Source: Balanoglossus misakiensis
Lineage: Eukaryota > Animalia > Hemichordata
NCBI GenBank assembly: GCA_040954595.2
Contig: CM082577.2
Location: 6,560,301-6,624,300, forward strand
DNA length: 64,000 bases
Direction: 5' to 3'
The position numbers and the translations under genes are program-made. Positions 13,300-28,200 of the stretch are shown here, one piece after another. Positions within the stretch are counted from its first letter, which is position 1; every line of letters starts with the position of its first letter. The notes under the pieces are model-generated. The model was not told where the DNA came from and searched no databases. It saw only the letters and a list, made by a program, of their open reading frames with translations.

Positions 13300-16200
13300 G
13301 TGAGTACTTTTATTTTTCTTTACCCTTTATATCACGCCCTAAAAATTTTACAAAAGAGAAAAAAATAGCAACAGCATCCTGTCAAAACCCCAGAGGTTTG
13401 TGTGTAATTAGAATTCATCTTGACACGTAACGAAAAAAAAATTTCCTTTCATCAACACTGCTGGGTAATTTTTACAAGTAGAAATTAACATATTTGCTAA
13501 TGAAACTGCCGGTAAATTCAGTGCACCTTCTTTGAAATAAGTGACTGAGCTTTGCGCTCATGAACTTGATGATGTACCATCAAACGCTTCATTGTCAAAT
13601 TTCCAGTTCTAAGATGGCGCCTGAATTTTCTCCTCAATGTCACCTTTGGAGTCTGATCAGCATGACTGCGTGCGTCCCCAGTCACCAAGTATAGCCAGAC
13701 GAGCAAATGATAGGTCATATCTAATCAGTCTGGAATATTACAATGGGGACAATTTTAGGAACCTAGATGTTCTATTACTGATTGTAGATGCCTGGAAATT
13801 AGAAAGTAGGAGTCTAATTTTAGTATTGCCCTGTGCAACGCGCTAGATCGGTTCGAAACCGAACACTGAATACACGTTTCTGGTGTGTGAAATAGCGCCC
13901 ATGTGCTGAGCTTTAGGTGTGTGTAATCTGGAACATGTTGGATACCGGTGTCGATGGGGACTGGCACTTGTTTGAACAAGAAATGTCTTGTGTGCAAGGA
14001 AGGCCCCGGCAACACAGCCGGAGTAATTCCATATTTGGCTTTGCAACGGATGACAGGCTTTCCCTATTCTCGGCCATGTTTGCGGAACATGACATGAGAC
14101 TGGTTTGGATACACAAGTCGTTGTTGTAGTAAGCGTCAAGGGTAACCCTGTCAACCCGAGTGTTTCCCATCCCAAGAATACCGGCATTGTCTGCTCGCGT
14201 TTGAGGCCGGGACCTGAATGATTTCTTTGTTTGGGGGGGGGGGGGGGGGTTGTCGATTGTGGGGCAGCCGTGTTAGGACATGGGACTGGCATTTGTGAAC
14301 ATGCAACTCAGGAATGCAATCTCTCCTAATAAATGTCTTGATTCATTCAACAAATTGCTCCCACGGAAATATTTGGGGTCAATAATGCACCTGTTATGTA
14401 AGCTCTCTCTGCATTACATACGTGTTCTCTATGAAAACTTCATTCATTTTACAATGCATCGAGAAATAACAAAGATATTTCCCCGAGTGTTGTAACCATA
14501 TATTTTGAATTAAAATACTGTCGGAAGATAAAGACAGTTCCGGATGTAAGAATTGTTAAGTTGTGTCATTTGTGATAGTCCTGCCCAGACATTAAGATTT
14601 TGTTTTTAGATACAATTGTTTATATCTCCAAAACATGGTTGCCGTCTGTGCCAATATGACAGCATGCCAACATCATTTGCAAGAAAATAAGTAAATTCGC
14701 TGATAGACAAAACTTGAAATTTGGCCACCTCAAATGCACTCAAGATGCTAGAAAAGAAATCTTGCTGGTTTTTACCCTGCAGTCAGACATTTGGTTATAG
14801 CTTGCCATTGCCATTTTTTCCTGGGAGCGCTTGTCTGTGTGCCTAACTCTAATAAATTGTATTATGAATGACAAAAAACCCTGTCATGGGAAAGTGAAGG
14901 CCTGCACAGTATTAGCCCCGGAGTAAATACAGAAACAGCCGCGAGAATGAATGTGGAAATTGATAAAAGAAAGACATTAAAAACATAGAGGCTAATAGCG
15001 TAGTATTTGTCAAAGATTACCAAGTGTGCCCAAGCTGTTTGATGTAGCTGTTTATAAGATGAAAAGTACCCACAATTACTGGTGCTGTGGGAGAGATAAA
15101 AACGGATGTAGGGTGATGATTGCGTATGGGTTTATTGCTGTTCTGGGTGCGTTTGGCTTACAGCTGTATATGGACATGTGACTGTTCGGAACGCCCACTC
15201 ACAAGTAACGTTTCCGGAAAGCGTCGTGTCAAAGATGAGAACAAGTTCGTTTTTAAGGAGTTTGGCGTTTTGAAAAAGTGAAAATTTGAATTATCGAAAA
15301 ATGTTAAATTTTTGTATCTTGCATGTATTTCAATTTTGTTGTTGAAAGATTAGGTTAGATAACAGGTGTTGAGAGTATCAAATTCTTGCAAATGCAATTA
15401 CGGGTTTCTCTGTTTAACGTCAGTGTGTTTTACATCACATTTCTTTTCAAATCAAATTAGGGGGTAAATTTAATAATGAAAGTTGGAAAGATATGAACAG
15501 GCAAGCAAAAAAGAGAAAAGTCTGGAGTAGCTTTGGTCTTAGACTAGCCTACCCTGGGACAAGAAGAATTACGCATCCAGGGCTGAATTAAACAGAATTG
15601 TAATCCTCATTTGAGTCCAACATTACCCTAACTGTGTCGCACAATTAGGACGGAAATTGCGTAAATTTGTCTGGAAAACTAATAATTTTTCGATTACACT
15701 CTATACACTTGCTAAAAAAAGCGAAGGTAATATCAGCAAATTGTACATGAAAGGGGCCGTGAAAATGTCAAGACGTCGGATCCTGATATACAGGGTACCA
15801 CCTGCAGCCTTGGTATTAGCAGAGAAAAGGCCCTATTATTTGGAGTTAAGTAAAATGGCCATGTGAAGTGTTGGCAGTTTCCCTCACTGACGAAAGCATG
15901 CCACGTTGTGTTTTTACAGGGCCGCATTGTCAGCCTCCTGGAAAACAACACCTTACATCTCTGGGAAGTCAACATCAAGGATGGAAATTCCGTCTTGGAA
16001 GAGGTCAAGGAATTCTCCCTGGAGGGCAGGTATGTTAATGTTGCAGACAGTTGCCACAAAATTCAATTTTGTGTCACAGTAGATGGCTGTGATGAGTTTC
16101 GAGTATGCGCGCGACCCCTCAATGTAATATTGAAAGCTTTCTGTGCAGATGGTTTGGATGAGTTGAAATCAAAAGGCAGATGGATCAGAATTCGCCCATT

Positions 16201-19200
16201 TACAGAAATTTTTAAGTATGCTTAAAAAATTTTTTATTAAAAAATATTGTTTAATTTTGCAGACTACAGAAGATCACTGTATGCTGCATGCCACCAGATT
16301 GCCAGCACCTTTTCTTGGGAACTGAAGGTGGAAACATCTACGTCTTGGACGTTGTCTCCTTCGAGTTACTGGAACACATCATCTACCAAGATGTTGTTAT
16401 GCAGAAGTAAGTTGGGCAAGATTTCTTAGTAGCATGCCAGTTTCATTTTGTGTGTGCGTGTGCATTTTTGATAATAAATTCGATGCATGTACGATTGTGC
16501 AAGGCGATATGAGGTGATGCAAAGGTCCGTTATAATAGGATCAGACATCTGTTCGGGGCAGACTAAACAAGTTTGTCCAGTTACCCCAGGCATGGAATGA
16601 CGATTACAGCCGATAATGGATTGATTAAAACCAGTCTAATTTGGTTGTCCTTATAATATTCTCATCACCTTGTTATTTGACACCATGGTAATTTGGTAGT
16701 TTCAAATTGCATGACTGTCTAATAAGTGAAGTTAACCGGTGTGTCTGTAAGGATCGTGGTAAAATCAGGGCAAAATGGCAGACAAAGAAAACAATGTTTC
16801 TCACGCGAGGCAAACCAAATTTAAATTCCCCCCAACATGCAGGCAACCTGTTGTAAATAACCAAGTATGCCAGCACGGGACAGGGGTGCCCACTATATCA
16901 GACTGGCTTGATGAGGGCCCGTGGCCTAAATACTGCCCTGTCATTAGGTAATGCCTATTTAAAGCAATTTTAGTTGTCTTGGTTGTTTTAGCCATCATAG
17001 CTGTTATTCAAGAAATAGTGCCATTTTGCCCCGACTTTATCCAGCTTGGTTGTACTCAGGTGAACTTGAATTCAGTTGTGGAATGAGACACTGTATATGT
17101 TTAATTAATTGAAAAAAAAAATGGTAAAAAAAACTAACATGCATTCCTGTTCCTGTTGTCATGGTAACCCTTGCCTCTCCGTTTCACTCCATATCTCCCA
17201 CTAGTCTAACGTAACATTTTTTCAACACAGTGTTTACTAACATAATCATGTTTAATGCCTCATATCTTAGTTTGTGCAGATGATTGTGTGTGGGCGTGTC
17301 CCAGCTATTGGTAGTTATAGTTGTGAACTGGTAAAATTTGTGTGTGTGTGGTTGCTGCTGCTCGATTCATTTGAGCTCCTTAGATATAGTGTTGAAATAC
17401 GATGTGGTGGAGCAGATGTTTGGGAGGAGTGTTACTACAACAGATTCCCTCTGTTGAACTATGTTAAATCAGGATTCGTGATTCCAACTGTCCCTACAGC
17501 GTGCCTGATGACTACAAGGTGAACCCCGGCGCAGTTGAAGGCATTGCTGCCCACCCCTCCGAGCCCAACAAGGTGAGTCCAGGCAGGCACAGCTTGATGC
17601 GAGTGGTGTGTAGAGTTCAGTGGATGTGAACAGCTGGGGGGGGGGGGATACCAGTGGCTGTATAAAGTTTTCTTCGTAAGATGCAATTATGGTTGTCGGG
17701 TTAGACTTTGATTAATTGACGAGTCATGGTTATTCCAGATTAATATTTAAATATTATTTGTGAGGCAAATTTCGATAGAATGGTTTTGGTTATCAACTTC
17801 GAATGTGCTGGTACATCTGTAAATGAGACTGGTATATTGGTATAATTGAGAAAGCTATAAATGGAGGCTAAAGTTGAATGTTCGCAATTTTTCCTGTGAT
17901 GTAGCCTTTTCTCATTTTTGCATACATTTCTGTCATTTTCCCTTAAATTTTTGACCAAGTGGACATTTTTTTGCATTGACAATAGTTCTTGACCAAAATT
18001 TTAGAAAAATGCTGAAAAAAGTTATTGAAGGTGAAAAATGATAAGTTGACTTTGGTGTCGAAAGGGTTAATAATCGTCTCTCACATTAACCTTAACTTGG
18101 TGGTGGCATACCCATATTCTGCCTGAATGAAATGACACGGCTATTATTTTTTTGAAAACCCCTGCAGTTGTTGATCGGCTACAACCGTGGTTTGATCGTT
18201 TTATGGGACAACAAGACCTGCAACGCCGACCAGACCTATGTGGGAAGCCAGCAGCTGGAGTCTCTGGCCTGGCATCGCAATGGCACTCAATTCATGACTG
18301 CCCACAACGATGGCAGCTACGCCGTCTGGAGCGTCAGTGACCCCACCAAGCCAGAGAAGGAACCCACTATTCCGTACGGTGAGTGAAAGTCTCCAATTTT
18401 TCAAGCGTTGGTAGAAAAGATTTGCAGAATTGAATTGTGCTGTTTGATGCTGGATTTGTAATGTGCACTACAAGTGGTGATCAGTATTATGTTCGCATGT
18501 TTTGTGTCACTTGGATGGGGAGTTAGTGTACACATGCATTGATCAGGGGGTGGGTGGGGGTTAGCTGTTATGTGAAGGTCAGTGTGTGTGTGTGTGTGTG
18601 TGTGTGTTTGTGAGGGTGTGTATGTTTGTGAGTGAGTAAGAATTGTGGTTATGTGCATTCTGGGACATTTGAGGGCAAAGGTCAATCAGTCAATTAGCAT
18701 TACAGTGTTGTCTTTGTGAACACAGTAAGTCTAAGACAGTTTCATGGAGGTTCAAATTGTCTATCTGGTTACTGTGATGATAATATGGGAAAGGGGGTCA
18801 TGGTGGCTACTCTCTCCTGCTTAAAAAGGAGGTCGCCGTCTCTAAGTCATTACTTTGGTTTCATCTTGATAGTCATTGACATACTTCTGCTGACATGAAA
18901 GTACTAGTGAGTCTGTTTTTAGATCAAGGCTGTTCTTGCCGGGCTCGTAAATACAGGTATAAATACCTCTGTGACAGCATTTACGGGTGCGTGTCTGAAT
19001 TTGTCACTGAATGGGTACGCGTAGAATTCCCCATGTACCAAGTGTGTTTGAGTGAAAACCACTGATGGTAGACTGACATTTGGCGTTTGGCAGAATATAA
19101 ATAAAATCAGCGAGACGAAAATATCCAAAATAATATGACAACATGGTAACCTTGTTTCCAAATAGACACACAGGCCTGCACATAGTTGGAAGTTATGCAT

Positions 19201-22200
19201 GCACAGATAGCAGTGTGTCTGTCAAGGTAAAAGTTTAAAATGCGTGACATATTTCGACAAAATGAGTTCGATGATTTAACGCTTGCTTGTCACTTCAGCT
19301 GTAGGGGTTTTGGTTGAAGGACTTTTTTTTTATCAACCCATAAATACCTGCAATAGTTCACTGGGCTTGACGCTGTTTTAGATTTTGAAGAAGAAGAAAA
19401 AATGGCCTTTGGTGTGTATGTGTATGTCTCTGGGGGCCAATATGTTGCTGTTTGATTAGTTCCCAGTGGAAAGTTTGTCGGAAGTGCGCGTGGAAAGTGT
19501 GTCGGATTTCCAGGCATGCATGCACGCCCGGTCTCACATGATGTACTGCACTTCCACCCCTGACTTGTTTTTATTGTCGCAGGGTTTTTGTTCAGTTTCT
19601 GCACCTGTTTACATTCCAAAACAGGTGCTTTGTTTTTAGTCTCATTGTTGGAATACTCATGTGTGTTTTGGGATCGGGGTTAGGGTTAGGGGTTTTCAGG
19701 TCACTGACGACGTCCCAGAGAGTGTTGAAGACTTGACAGATACGGGGCAGGAGGGAGATGAATTTCTGTTGTGACGATGTAGGTTCAATAATCGTCTTAA
19801 AACAACAAGCTACAAAAAGCACTGTGTCATTCCGTTTACAGTCATTTCTCGCTACTTTTATTTTGAAATTCTAAAATTGACTGAAATGGAAAAAAATTGC
19901 CATCTGGTGTTCGTAGAAAATAGATTCTCTGTGCTGCATCTAAATTAGGCAAGCCCATCAACGCACCTTTCTAAGTAGAACCGATTCTTTCTGCCTTGCG
20001 TTGCGTTGATTGGTCCATTCTGATGACAACTTTTAATTGCCAGCATAACTATAATTGTGTGCATAAAATAGAACCAAGAGTGAGAGAGATGCCATGTGGA
20101 CATGCGTGTCAAATATGGCAGGCCGTCTGAAGTGTGTTAGATCAAAAGAAGTCTGTGAATTTCGATTAGTCTGTGTTGGAAGGGTGGGGGGGGGGGAGTG
20201 AGTGGTTTTAAATTGTGCTCAGGATTTGTCCAGTTTTATGGAGACTGAATGGATTTGTTAACATTCAGTGGATAGTCGCTTTGCTTTGTTTAACTCTGTC
20301 GATTTGCAACATGTGTTGTTTACGCACACCCTGCTTAATTGATAGAACCCCTGAGAATAATTAGCATAATTAGCGGTTATACTTTCTAATTAAGGATTGT
20401 TTTTGGAGCTGAATGAGCCAGCAGAGTGTGGAGGGGAGGGGATTGAATTGGAACAAGAGCGGCATGGCTTTTGATGTAGTCTTAGAACACAGGGTGGTGG
20501 GTCTGCAGCTGGTGGTGTTTATGCATGAAATTAATTGAAAGATAAAATGATGCTGGTGATTAGGAATGGATAGATGCAGATTGAGTGAATCTTCGTGCTG
20601 GTAGCGAGTGGTTCTAAATTTAGGCATGCACATGAATGGTTTACCATGATCTTGAAGAAAGGAAAAAGTTGATGCATAGCTGGGTAGGTTTTCAACTTGA
20701 AATCCCAAGATCAGCAGTGTGACTGTCTGTGTGATCTGGTGAAACAATTAAGTGACTGCTGAAATGGTGAAGGAAAGGTTGTGTTTGAAGATGTGTTTTT
20801 TTTTAACGTTGAGAAGATGGCAAGTAACATTGACTTGTTATTTGACACAACAAGGATGTTGATTACATGAACATTTTACAAGATATCCTCCGACATAAAA
20901 CGTCCAGTCATTGGTACCTGTGAAACGAGAAAGCATCTGCAAAAAAAGAAGAGATTACCTCGTTGTTATACCCAGGGGCAGAGGAGATGTTTTACAAGTT
21001 CAGTCAGGAATTACCAGGGGATTCATTAGGCAACCAGTTGAGGTCAAAACAACCGTTAATCATTCCCAGGGTTGTGGAAGTCTGTCTCTGTTTGATAGGA
21101 ATTGCAAAATGTCTGTTGTATCTACAGAGGAGATGAAGGGGGGAGAAAGTGACAGCATGTTTTGTGAGCTGTTGGCTGTCTGTGTTGTCAGTTTCCAGGG
21201 ATGGTTGCAACCGCTTTCCCATAAATAGACAGTGCAGCTGTTAGCTGGTAGATTAGCAATTCCAAAACAAGACAACTGCTAATTATGAAGTCGTAAACAA
21301 GTTCTAATTAACAAATTCCAAGGACATTATCTAATTAGCATCATCTCCCCTCTGCTGTGTGCACGTGCCACGTTGAATATATTTGAATAATGTATGATTG
21401 TGTTTTGGAAGTGATAGTTCAACTCTGGCCACATCATGTATCTGTGGGTGTTGAATATTTAAATGTTAGCTCTGAAAATTGTTAATATGTGGTTCCTGCC
21501 CTTCCAGATTTGCTTTTTCTAGGCCAAGAATAGCTCCATTTATGTTCATTTTGCCCCTACCCAGCTCTTCTGAAATGTCTGCGAAAGGGGAGACTTCTTC
21601 AGGAAGTCTGCTGCGGCTGACCATTCCCTTATTACGATGTTTAGACAGTCGTAATGGTAATCGCTGTAGGTGGTGTGTTTGGACTACAAGTTGAGCAATT
21701 ATCCAAAATTATAGCTGACATCCAGGGTTAGATTCATGACCTCTAGTAATTCAAGTGGCTATAACCTCTTTCTTATCATAGCAATCGCCCAACGGACCCT
21801 ATAAAAGTCATTCACCAGTGGTTGATGCCAGTTTCAGATAACCGCTGTATTTTAGGAATATAAATTGTTTACTGTATATTTTTTATTGTAGAGAAACCAA
21901 GTACACAATCAATTCATTGGTAGTTGCTCTTTCGTTAAATGTTTCGATTCCATTCAGCAAATATGGGTCCAGTTGATAAACATAAATATAGTCAAGATTT
22001 TGCTATTTATACTGAGAAAAAAACCTTGGCGAGGTAAAAGGTCTTCTGTTTTGGGGTGCAACAGTTGTGTGTTTTGACATTTAATGCCTGTGAAATTTTG
22101 TTTCCCAAACAACAAATTGAAAAGCGATTCATCCTTTCAGTAGGAATCCACCCTGCCCATTTGGAAGTTGCATTTCCAAAATATTGTTCAGATATTGTTT

Positions 22201-25200
22201 TGAAACTGCCCGACTCCTGTGAGGATCGAATCCTAGTCCTTCCGCCTGTAATTATTAAAAGGCAGAACTGATTGGCTGGTGGAGTCCAGTTGAGTGGATT
22301 TTCGGCTGTGGAGACCAATCAGAATGCCCGGTCTGTATGTGGGTTCCCTCGGTGTTTGCTGTGCCCAAAATGCCAGATGTAGGTAGTACTAGAAGAGTGT
22401 GTTGAAAAATTTAGGTCAAATACCCAGCATTCCAGCTGGGTGTCGAGAGAGGGAGGGAGAAAACTCCCATGTTGGATCAAAGTTTTCCGGTTGAAGAATC
22501 AGGCCACTGGAAAACCAGGGCGTTCTTGAGTAGAGACGGGTTTGCTCACCTACATTAAAAGTTTCCACCATAAATCATTGTTTTCGCTGTAAATCACCCA
22601 ATTGGCAATTACAACCAGGTGGACCAATTACCCCCCCCCCCCCCCATCACATGCATTCCACAGCGCAAATGGAAGACACCTTCAAGACGTGTAGTTAAGC
22701 TTCATACTGTGTCATCCGAAAATGTCTTCGTACAGGCAATGTCTTGTCTGGTTCTGTTCTTATCGCTCAAATGACATCAACACTATTTTATGCCTACGAT
22801 TTTTCGTAGTTCACGTTCATTTAGGCTGTCCACACAAACCAGATTCCCTCCCCATGTAAGAGGTTGTGCTTCTATGTACTACTCAGGGTGGTTCAAATGT
22901 CAGTAGCATCTCCCGCTACCGAGAGAATTTCATTCAACTTCAGCAGACGCACCAAGGGGGAATTGGGAACAAGACACGCATGAATGAAATGAAATTATAT
23001 CTTCAGCCGACATTCGATACAACTGGAATCCCAAGAATACGGAGATGATACCCACATTATCTTCTATTCATATCGTCCCGAAGTAGGCCATCTCAGGTGA
23101 TTGGGTCCTGAAGGTGACATTGGCATTTTTTTAAGGGCCCAGTTTTGAAACCCGTAAAGAGCCCTTTTAACAGCCTTTAGGGTTTTTAGAAGTGGTTGTG
23201 ATTTGAGGTCTTGAGGGCAGTGTCAAGAAAACTGGAACGGTTTGAGATTTGAATCTGCACTGGGCGCTATCAGAATCATAGACATTCCACAAATACTGGA
23301 GCAGGGAAAATTGGAACCAAATGCTTCAGCAGTGGCCTGGTTGTCTGTCGGCCGTGAAAATGGCAGAAGCTTTTAACAAAAACAGTCTAATGAATTGGCA
23401 AAACATGACTCTTTTGTTGAATGTTTTTGTGGTGTATTGGTATTTCCAGAGGTTTTAATATTTGGTTTTGGGTAAAGGTTTGTTTGTTTTTGTTTTGGCT
23501 TTTAATGTTTCTTTTGCTCACTGTTCTGTGTAAATTTTTCTTGTATACTTCACTGTGTGTGTCTACATGTCTGTGTACAAATGTATATGTTGATTTTCTG
23601 TGTACATTTTACCTGTTTAAAAAGTGATTTTAAATGCAATATTTGAACCGATCAAAATTGTAAATCTGAATTAATTGTTGGGGGGATTCTATGTTGGTCA
23701 GTTTGAAATGGGCAGTGGCTGCTTCAGTGTGGGTGGGGGGAGGGGAGTTGTTTTTTTGTTTGAGAGTGTGAAGAATAAAGTAGTGCCTCTTCTTGTAAGA
23801 GGTCGGTCTGTCATCAGTCATTACTGATGCAGAGCCAGGAGTACTTGACTTGGCTTGGCTTGGCAGTATGGCACAATACAACCGGAAAGTGGGAAGAGAC
23901 TTTCAAAAGATTCTAACCCCCCCCCCCTCCCATTTCTCACAAACCATCCTGACAACATGAATAACACATCTCAGACAGGGGGCTTTTATGGTCTTGGCAA
24001 GGGTGTTTAGTCTTTGCTGGACTGCAGTTGGTGTGGACAGGTGATGTCAGTGGCTGTTGAGAAAAAAAGTCGACGGTGAACAGCCAAATATTGCAAGTGT
24101 ACAACTGCTCTTTTTGTGATGTGTACGAAGTCAAGGTTGTTGGATGTGTTGCCGTGATGCACGTCACATGAATTATTTATCATCAACACATAGTAATAAA
24201 AAAAAGACAATGGTGAAAAATTTGATTTGTATTTAGAAAATTGATGACTCAGTGTTTGTATAAAAGAGCTCATCCAAAAGTGAAAAACTGGGCGTATATA
24301 AATTCTGCAAACCAATGAGATAAGCAATTTGCTTTGCAGTTTTTCTCTCGTATTTTCATGTACCTGGAAAACCAGGCCCCAGTGGGGGAGAAAAAAAAGT
24401 AAATATTCATGATGCATTCAAGGTTGTCTGGGCACAGCAAATGCTATCAGAGCTTGAAATAGAAAAGAGCCGTCCGTTGTACAACGTTTTGTTTAATGCA
24501 TGTTTGTCTGCCTGCCTTCATCGGTTATTATTAAACCACGGAGGACGGCGGATGGCCCCGTAGTGAACCTTGGCAATTCTCCAATTGCAGTCGCGGGAGA
24601 AAATAAAACCCCGGCAAGTGATATCATGACTAAGACTGAGTCACCGGGAGAGCATGTCCGGGGAAGTCCTCGATCGCTGCGGCCCGGGTCCTTGAAGTGA
24701 AGTTGTCCCATCTCTTTCTTGGCTGCTTGCCCGTTTATCCAAGTTGCCCACACAGTGCATCCCCTGTTTTACTTTGCTTGTAGGTGTGTTGATGCATGCT
24801 TGATGACAAGGGTGGCCTGGTGGTGACTACAGTGGCCCAAACCTCCTGCCGACTACAATGCTCACCTTTGTGGCTGCTGAAACAATAGTCTTTTTCACTC
24901 GGCGTTCAAACCTCCCTCGGCTAAAATAACTGTCCTTTTTTTCACACCCATGCACAGAACTCGTGCACATACCGTGTAGATTTGTCGGTGTTTTCTCAAG
25001 TAGAATGCCAAATTGTTTCTGTTTTCCCGGAGTGAGGTAACGCAGCTGCTTGAAGCCGGTATTTTACAGGGCGTGTTATTTATAACACGTGAGACTTTGA
25101 TAACATGCTGACATAAGAAGCATGTCATTTCACAAGGATGAAAGAATTTTGTCAGGGCTTTGTGAATTTGCGTGGGTGATTATTGCAGATTGAAAAATTG

Positions 25201-28200
25201 CACTGTTTTGTGAAAGGGCTGCATTAACAGTTTGATGTGCATATTTTTATGGGTGTGGCACATCTGTGCTCTAAATTTAAATTTTTTCTTCGGAAAAGCA
25301 GATATCACTGTACTGGCGTTCGCCAGTGTCAGATCTCAAGACCTGACGAATGTCCAGGTTTGACATTCAGATTTTTGTGGGTTTTTTGGAGACAATGCCT
25401 ACCATTGACCATTGTCTTGCAACGACTGCTTCCTCCTTCTGGAGATGTCGGTCGGCATTGTCTCCTGTTACTAAATTTTGTAGGCAGTCTACTCCTGTAT
25501 ATTTGCCACCGGACAAAGCAGTCTTTCAGGCCGGGAAGACAACAAATGCCTTTGTCTTTTGTTCGGAAAAGAAAAGTCGGGGAAAATTGTTCAGAGGTGT
25601 ACTGATTTATTACACAGCTATTTTTTATACCGCTTTTGTGATTTGTGGCATGTCATTATAACTTGTACACAAGCGGTTTGTTGTATTTTGACATTTCAGT
25701 CTCAGTGATCGAAATCCTGGGTGACATTTACAGAAAGTGTAATGTCCACTGCATGTTTTATCCGCAAGGGATTTTTTTTGCACCCTGGCAGAAGTCGAAT
25801 AGAGTACCCCAGTTTATAGCAGAATGCATTGCAAACAGTTCTTTGAAAGAAAAATCTGTTGAATGACTGTAAAGACAGTTTACATAAGTTGATCTGGACA
25901 TTCTTGCAGTTCATATTTTTTTTAGTATCCACCCTTCTGTGCTGTTGCAGAACAGCTCTAGCAACATAAACAATGCTTTTCACAAATGTCTGGCATCTTG
26001 CTAATGGGTGTGTATTTTTGAAGTGTCGGGAATAATATTTTGAAATTATGAAATGTTTTGAAATATGGAAGATGACGGGCATGTGACTCATGATTTTGGG
26101 TGGGGCTTGTTGTGAATGGTGGATTGTGGGTAGGAGATTTGGCCAGGCACAGATTCAAGTGGAGGAGGGGAGATAGCTAGGCATTGAGGGGGGGGGGGGA
26201 GGGGGATTAGTATCAGCTTATACGAGTGGGCTAAATGAGCCAGGAACTAGAAACTGTTAACTTAAACTGCTTAATCTAACAGCATGGCTGCATCTTTGAA
26301 TCCTACAACAGAGATTATTTGCAGTAGTACCAGCTTCAGCGATCAAATTGCCCCTATAATGATGCTGCATTGTATTTGCACAATGGTAATGGCCCCGCAA
26401 TTTAAAGTTCTCCAAACCTTATTGCTGATAAACATAACGAGGTAATAAATTTCAGTGAGATAGAGGTTTGGCTTCTTTTAATATGTCAAGGTCACCGTGC
26501 CTTGCAAATGGAAACGCTGCCTTCATGAAGCTCTCCTGGGTAGATACTCATCAGTGTGCTGATATTGATCCAGATTGTCAGTTTGAATTTGTGAAAAAAA
26601 GAGGTCTTGAGTTGATTTTGCTTGAACATTTTGGGGTTGTAAAATACAAGATGTAACAGATGATGGAAGTGAGAATTTGTGATATTTTTTTTTATATTGC
26701 ATGGTAGGCATATGGTCACCTTTGCGAGTTTAACCTCTGTTACCATGGAAAATTCAAGCACAGAGTAAAAGCCACTTGTAATGAATTTCCATTTTGTGAC
26801 TCTAGAGGGGGCTATTTAACATATGTGCCGTCATTGTGCGATTGACAAAGTGTGAATACACACCAGCTTGATATTCTTTTTTTTTTTTTTTTCATAATTT
26901 ACAGGACCATTCCCTTGCAAGGCTGTCACTAAAGTCAAGTGGTTGTCCACTAAAGGGTAAGATTATTTTTTTTAGTATAAAGAGAATTTCACTTGGTGTG
27001 ATAGAACATGATTGATGTAATTAAAGTTGGAACGAAATATATGCAGGCAAAACAAATCTTGTCGACTCATGCTAGTCTAAGAATGTAGGGTATTTGCACT
27101 TGCCTGTTGAAATTCTTGCTTAATTTTTTTAATGGCATGCAGAATGGTAACTATTTCTTGATGGCGATCTGGTAACAGTTGAGAATGTGGTTATGTAATA
27201 ACTCAAGGAAAACTATGATGATGGTTTTGTACACTACTATAGTACCATAATTTGAAACAACTCATGAAAAGAAAATTTGATTAATAAATTATTATTTTCC
27301 TGTTGCTGCCTTCTTCTCCAGTGAACCGTTCATCATCTTCTCTGGTGGCATGCCACGTGCCAGCTACGGTGATCGCCACTGCATCACTGTTATGCAAGGC
27401 AAGAACCATACCGTGTTCGACTTCACTTCCCGCGTCCTGGACTTCTTCACGATCTCCGACACCGACGAAGAGTGCGAGTTCGACGATCCACACACGCTCG
27501 TTGTGCTCGTAGAAGAGGAGCTTGTTGTCATTGACATTCAGAGCGAGGGGTGAGTTGAAACCAGGGGGAGAGGGGCTGTGAAATTAAGCCACATGTCTTA
27601 CATAAGTCTTGAACATGCCCGTGTTCACATGATTACGTCAAGAAACCACACATCACACACAACATACAATAACAATGTTGCCATTGTTCGACTGAATTAC
27701 TGTAAGACACGGGGACAAAACTGTTCACCAGTACAAACAACTCCAGACAGAAAATCTACTTATTTATTTTTGTGTAATTCAAAATGGTGCTTTAATAATC
27801 AAGTTTTTAAACAAGGAATTTCCACTAAATTAAAGTTCCACCCTCTTGAGAAAATACAACAGTTAGTAGTCACAATGACTTGTTCACAGCTTTACACTAC
27901 TCGTATAAATTTAAATACTCGACTTTTGCTATTAGTAAAAAAAACACTAAGTCTGTATAGTTGATAAACCACAGACATCTAAGTCAGTTACCAAAACCAT
28001 GTTGGTACCTTTTCATCCATTGATCCAGATGGTCTGTTTGATAGAAGAGGATATATGTTCATGATAAGAGAAAATGCCACATACACCAAGGCAAAATGAC
28101 AGTAAACAGAACAAATACCTACATAATCAAAAATGAAAATATAGCTGTGAACAGCAATAAGCGGGTTTCGAGACACTACTAGCCCTATTGGTTCGCCTGG

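Noticed and set aside
19676-19694. Telomere-like GGGTTAGGGTTAGGG
   Set aside because: Only about two units; too short for an interstitial telomeric repeat.
10550-23290. Scattered TEAD-like CATTCC motifs in Lgl introns (and one AACCGGTT at 1938)
   Set aside because: Counts look compatible with chance for short motifs; no clustering demonstrated.
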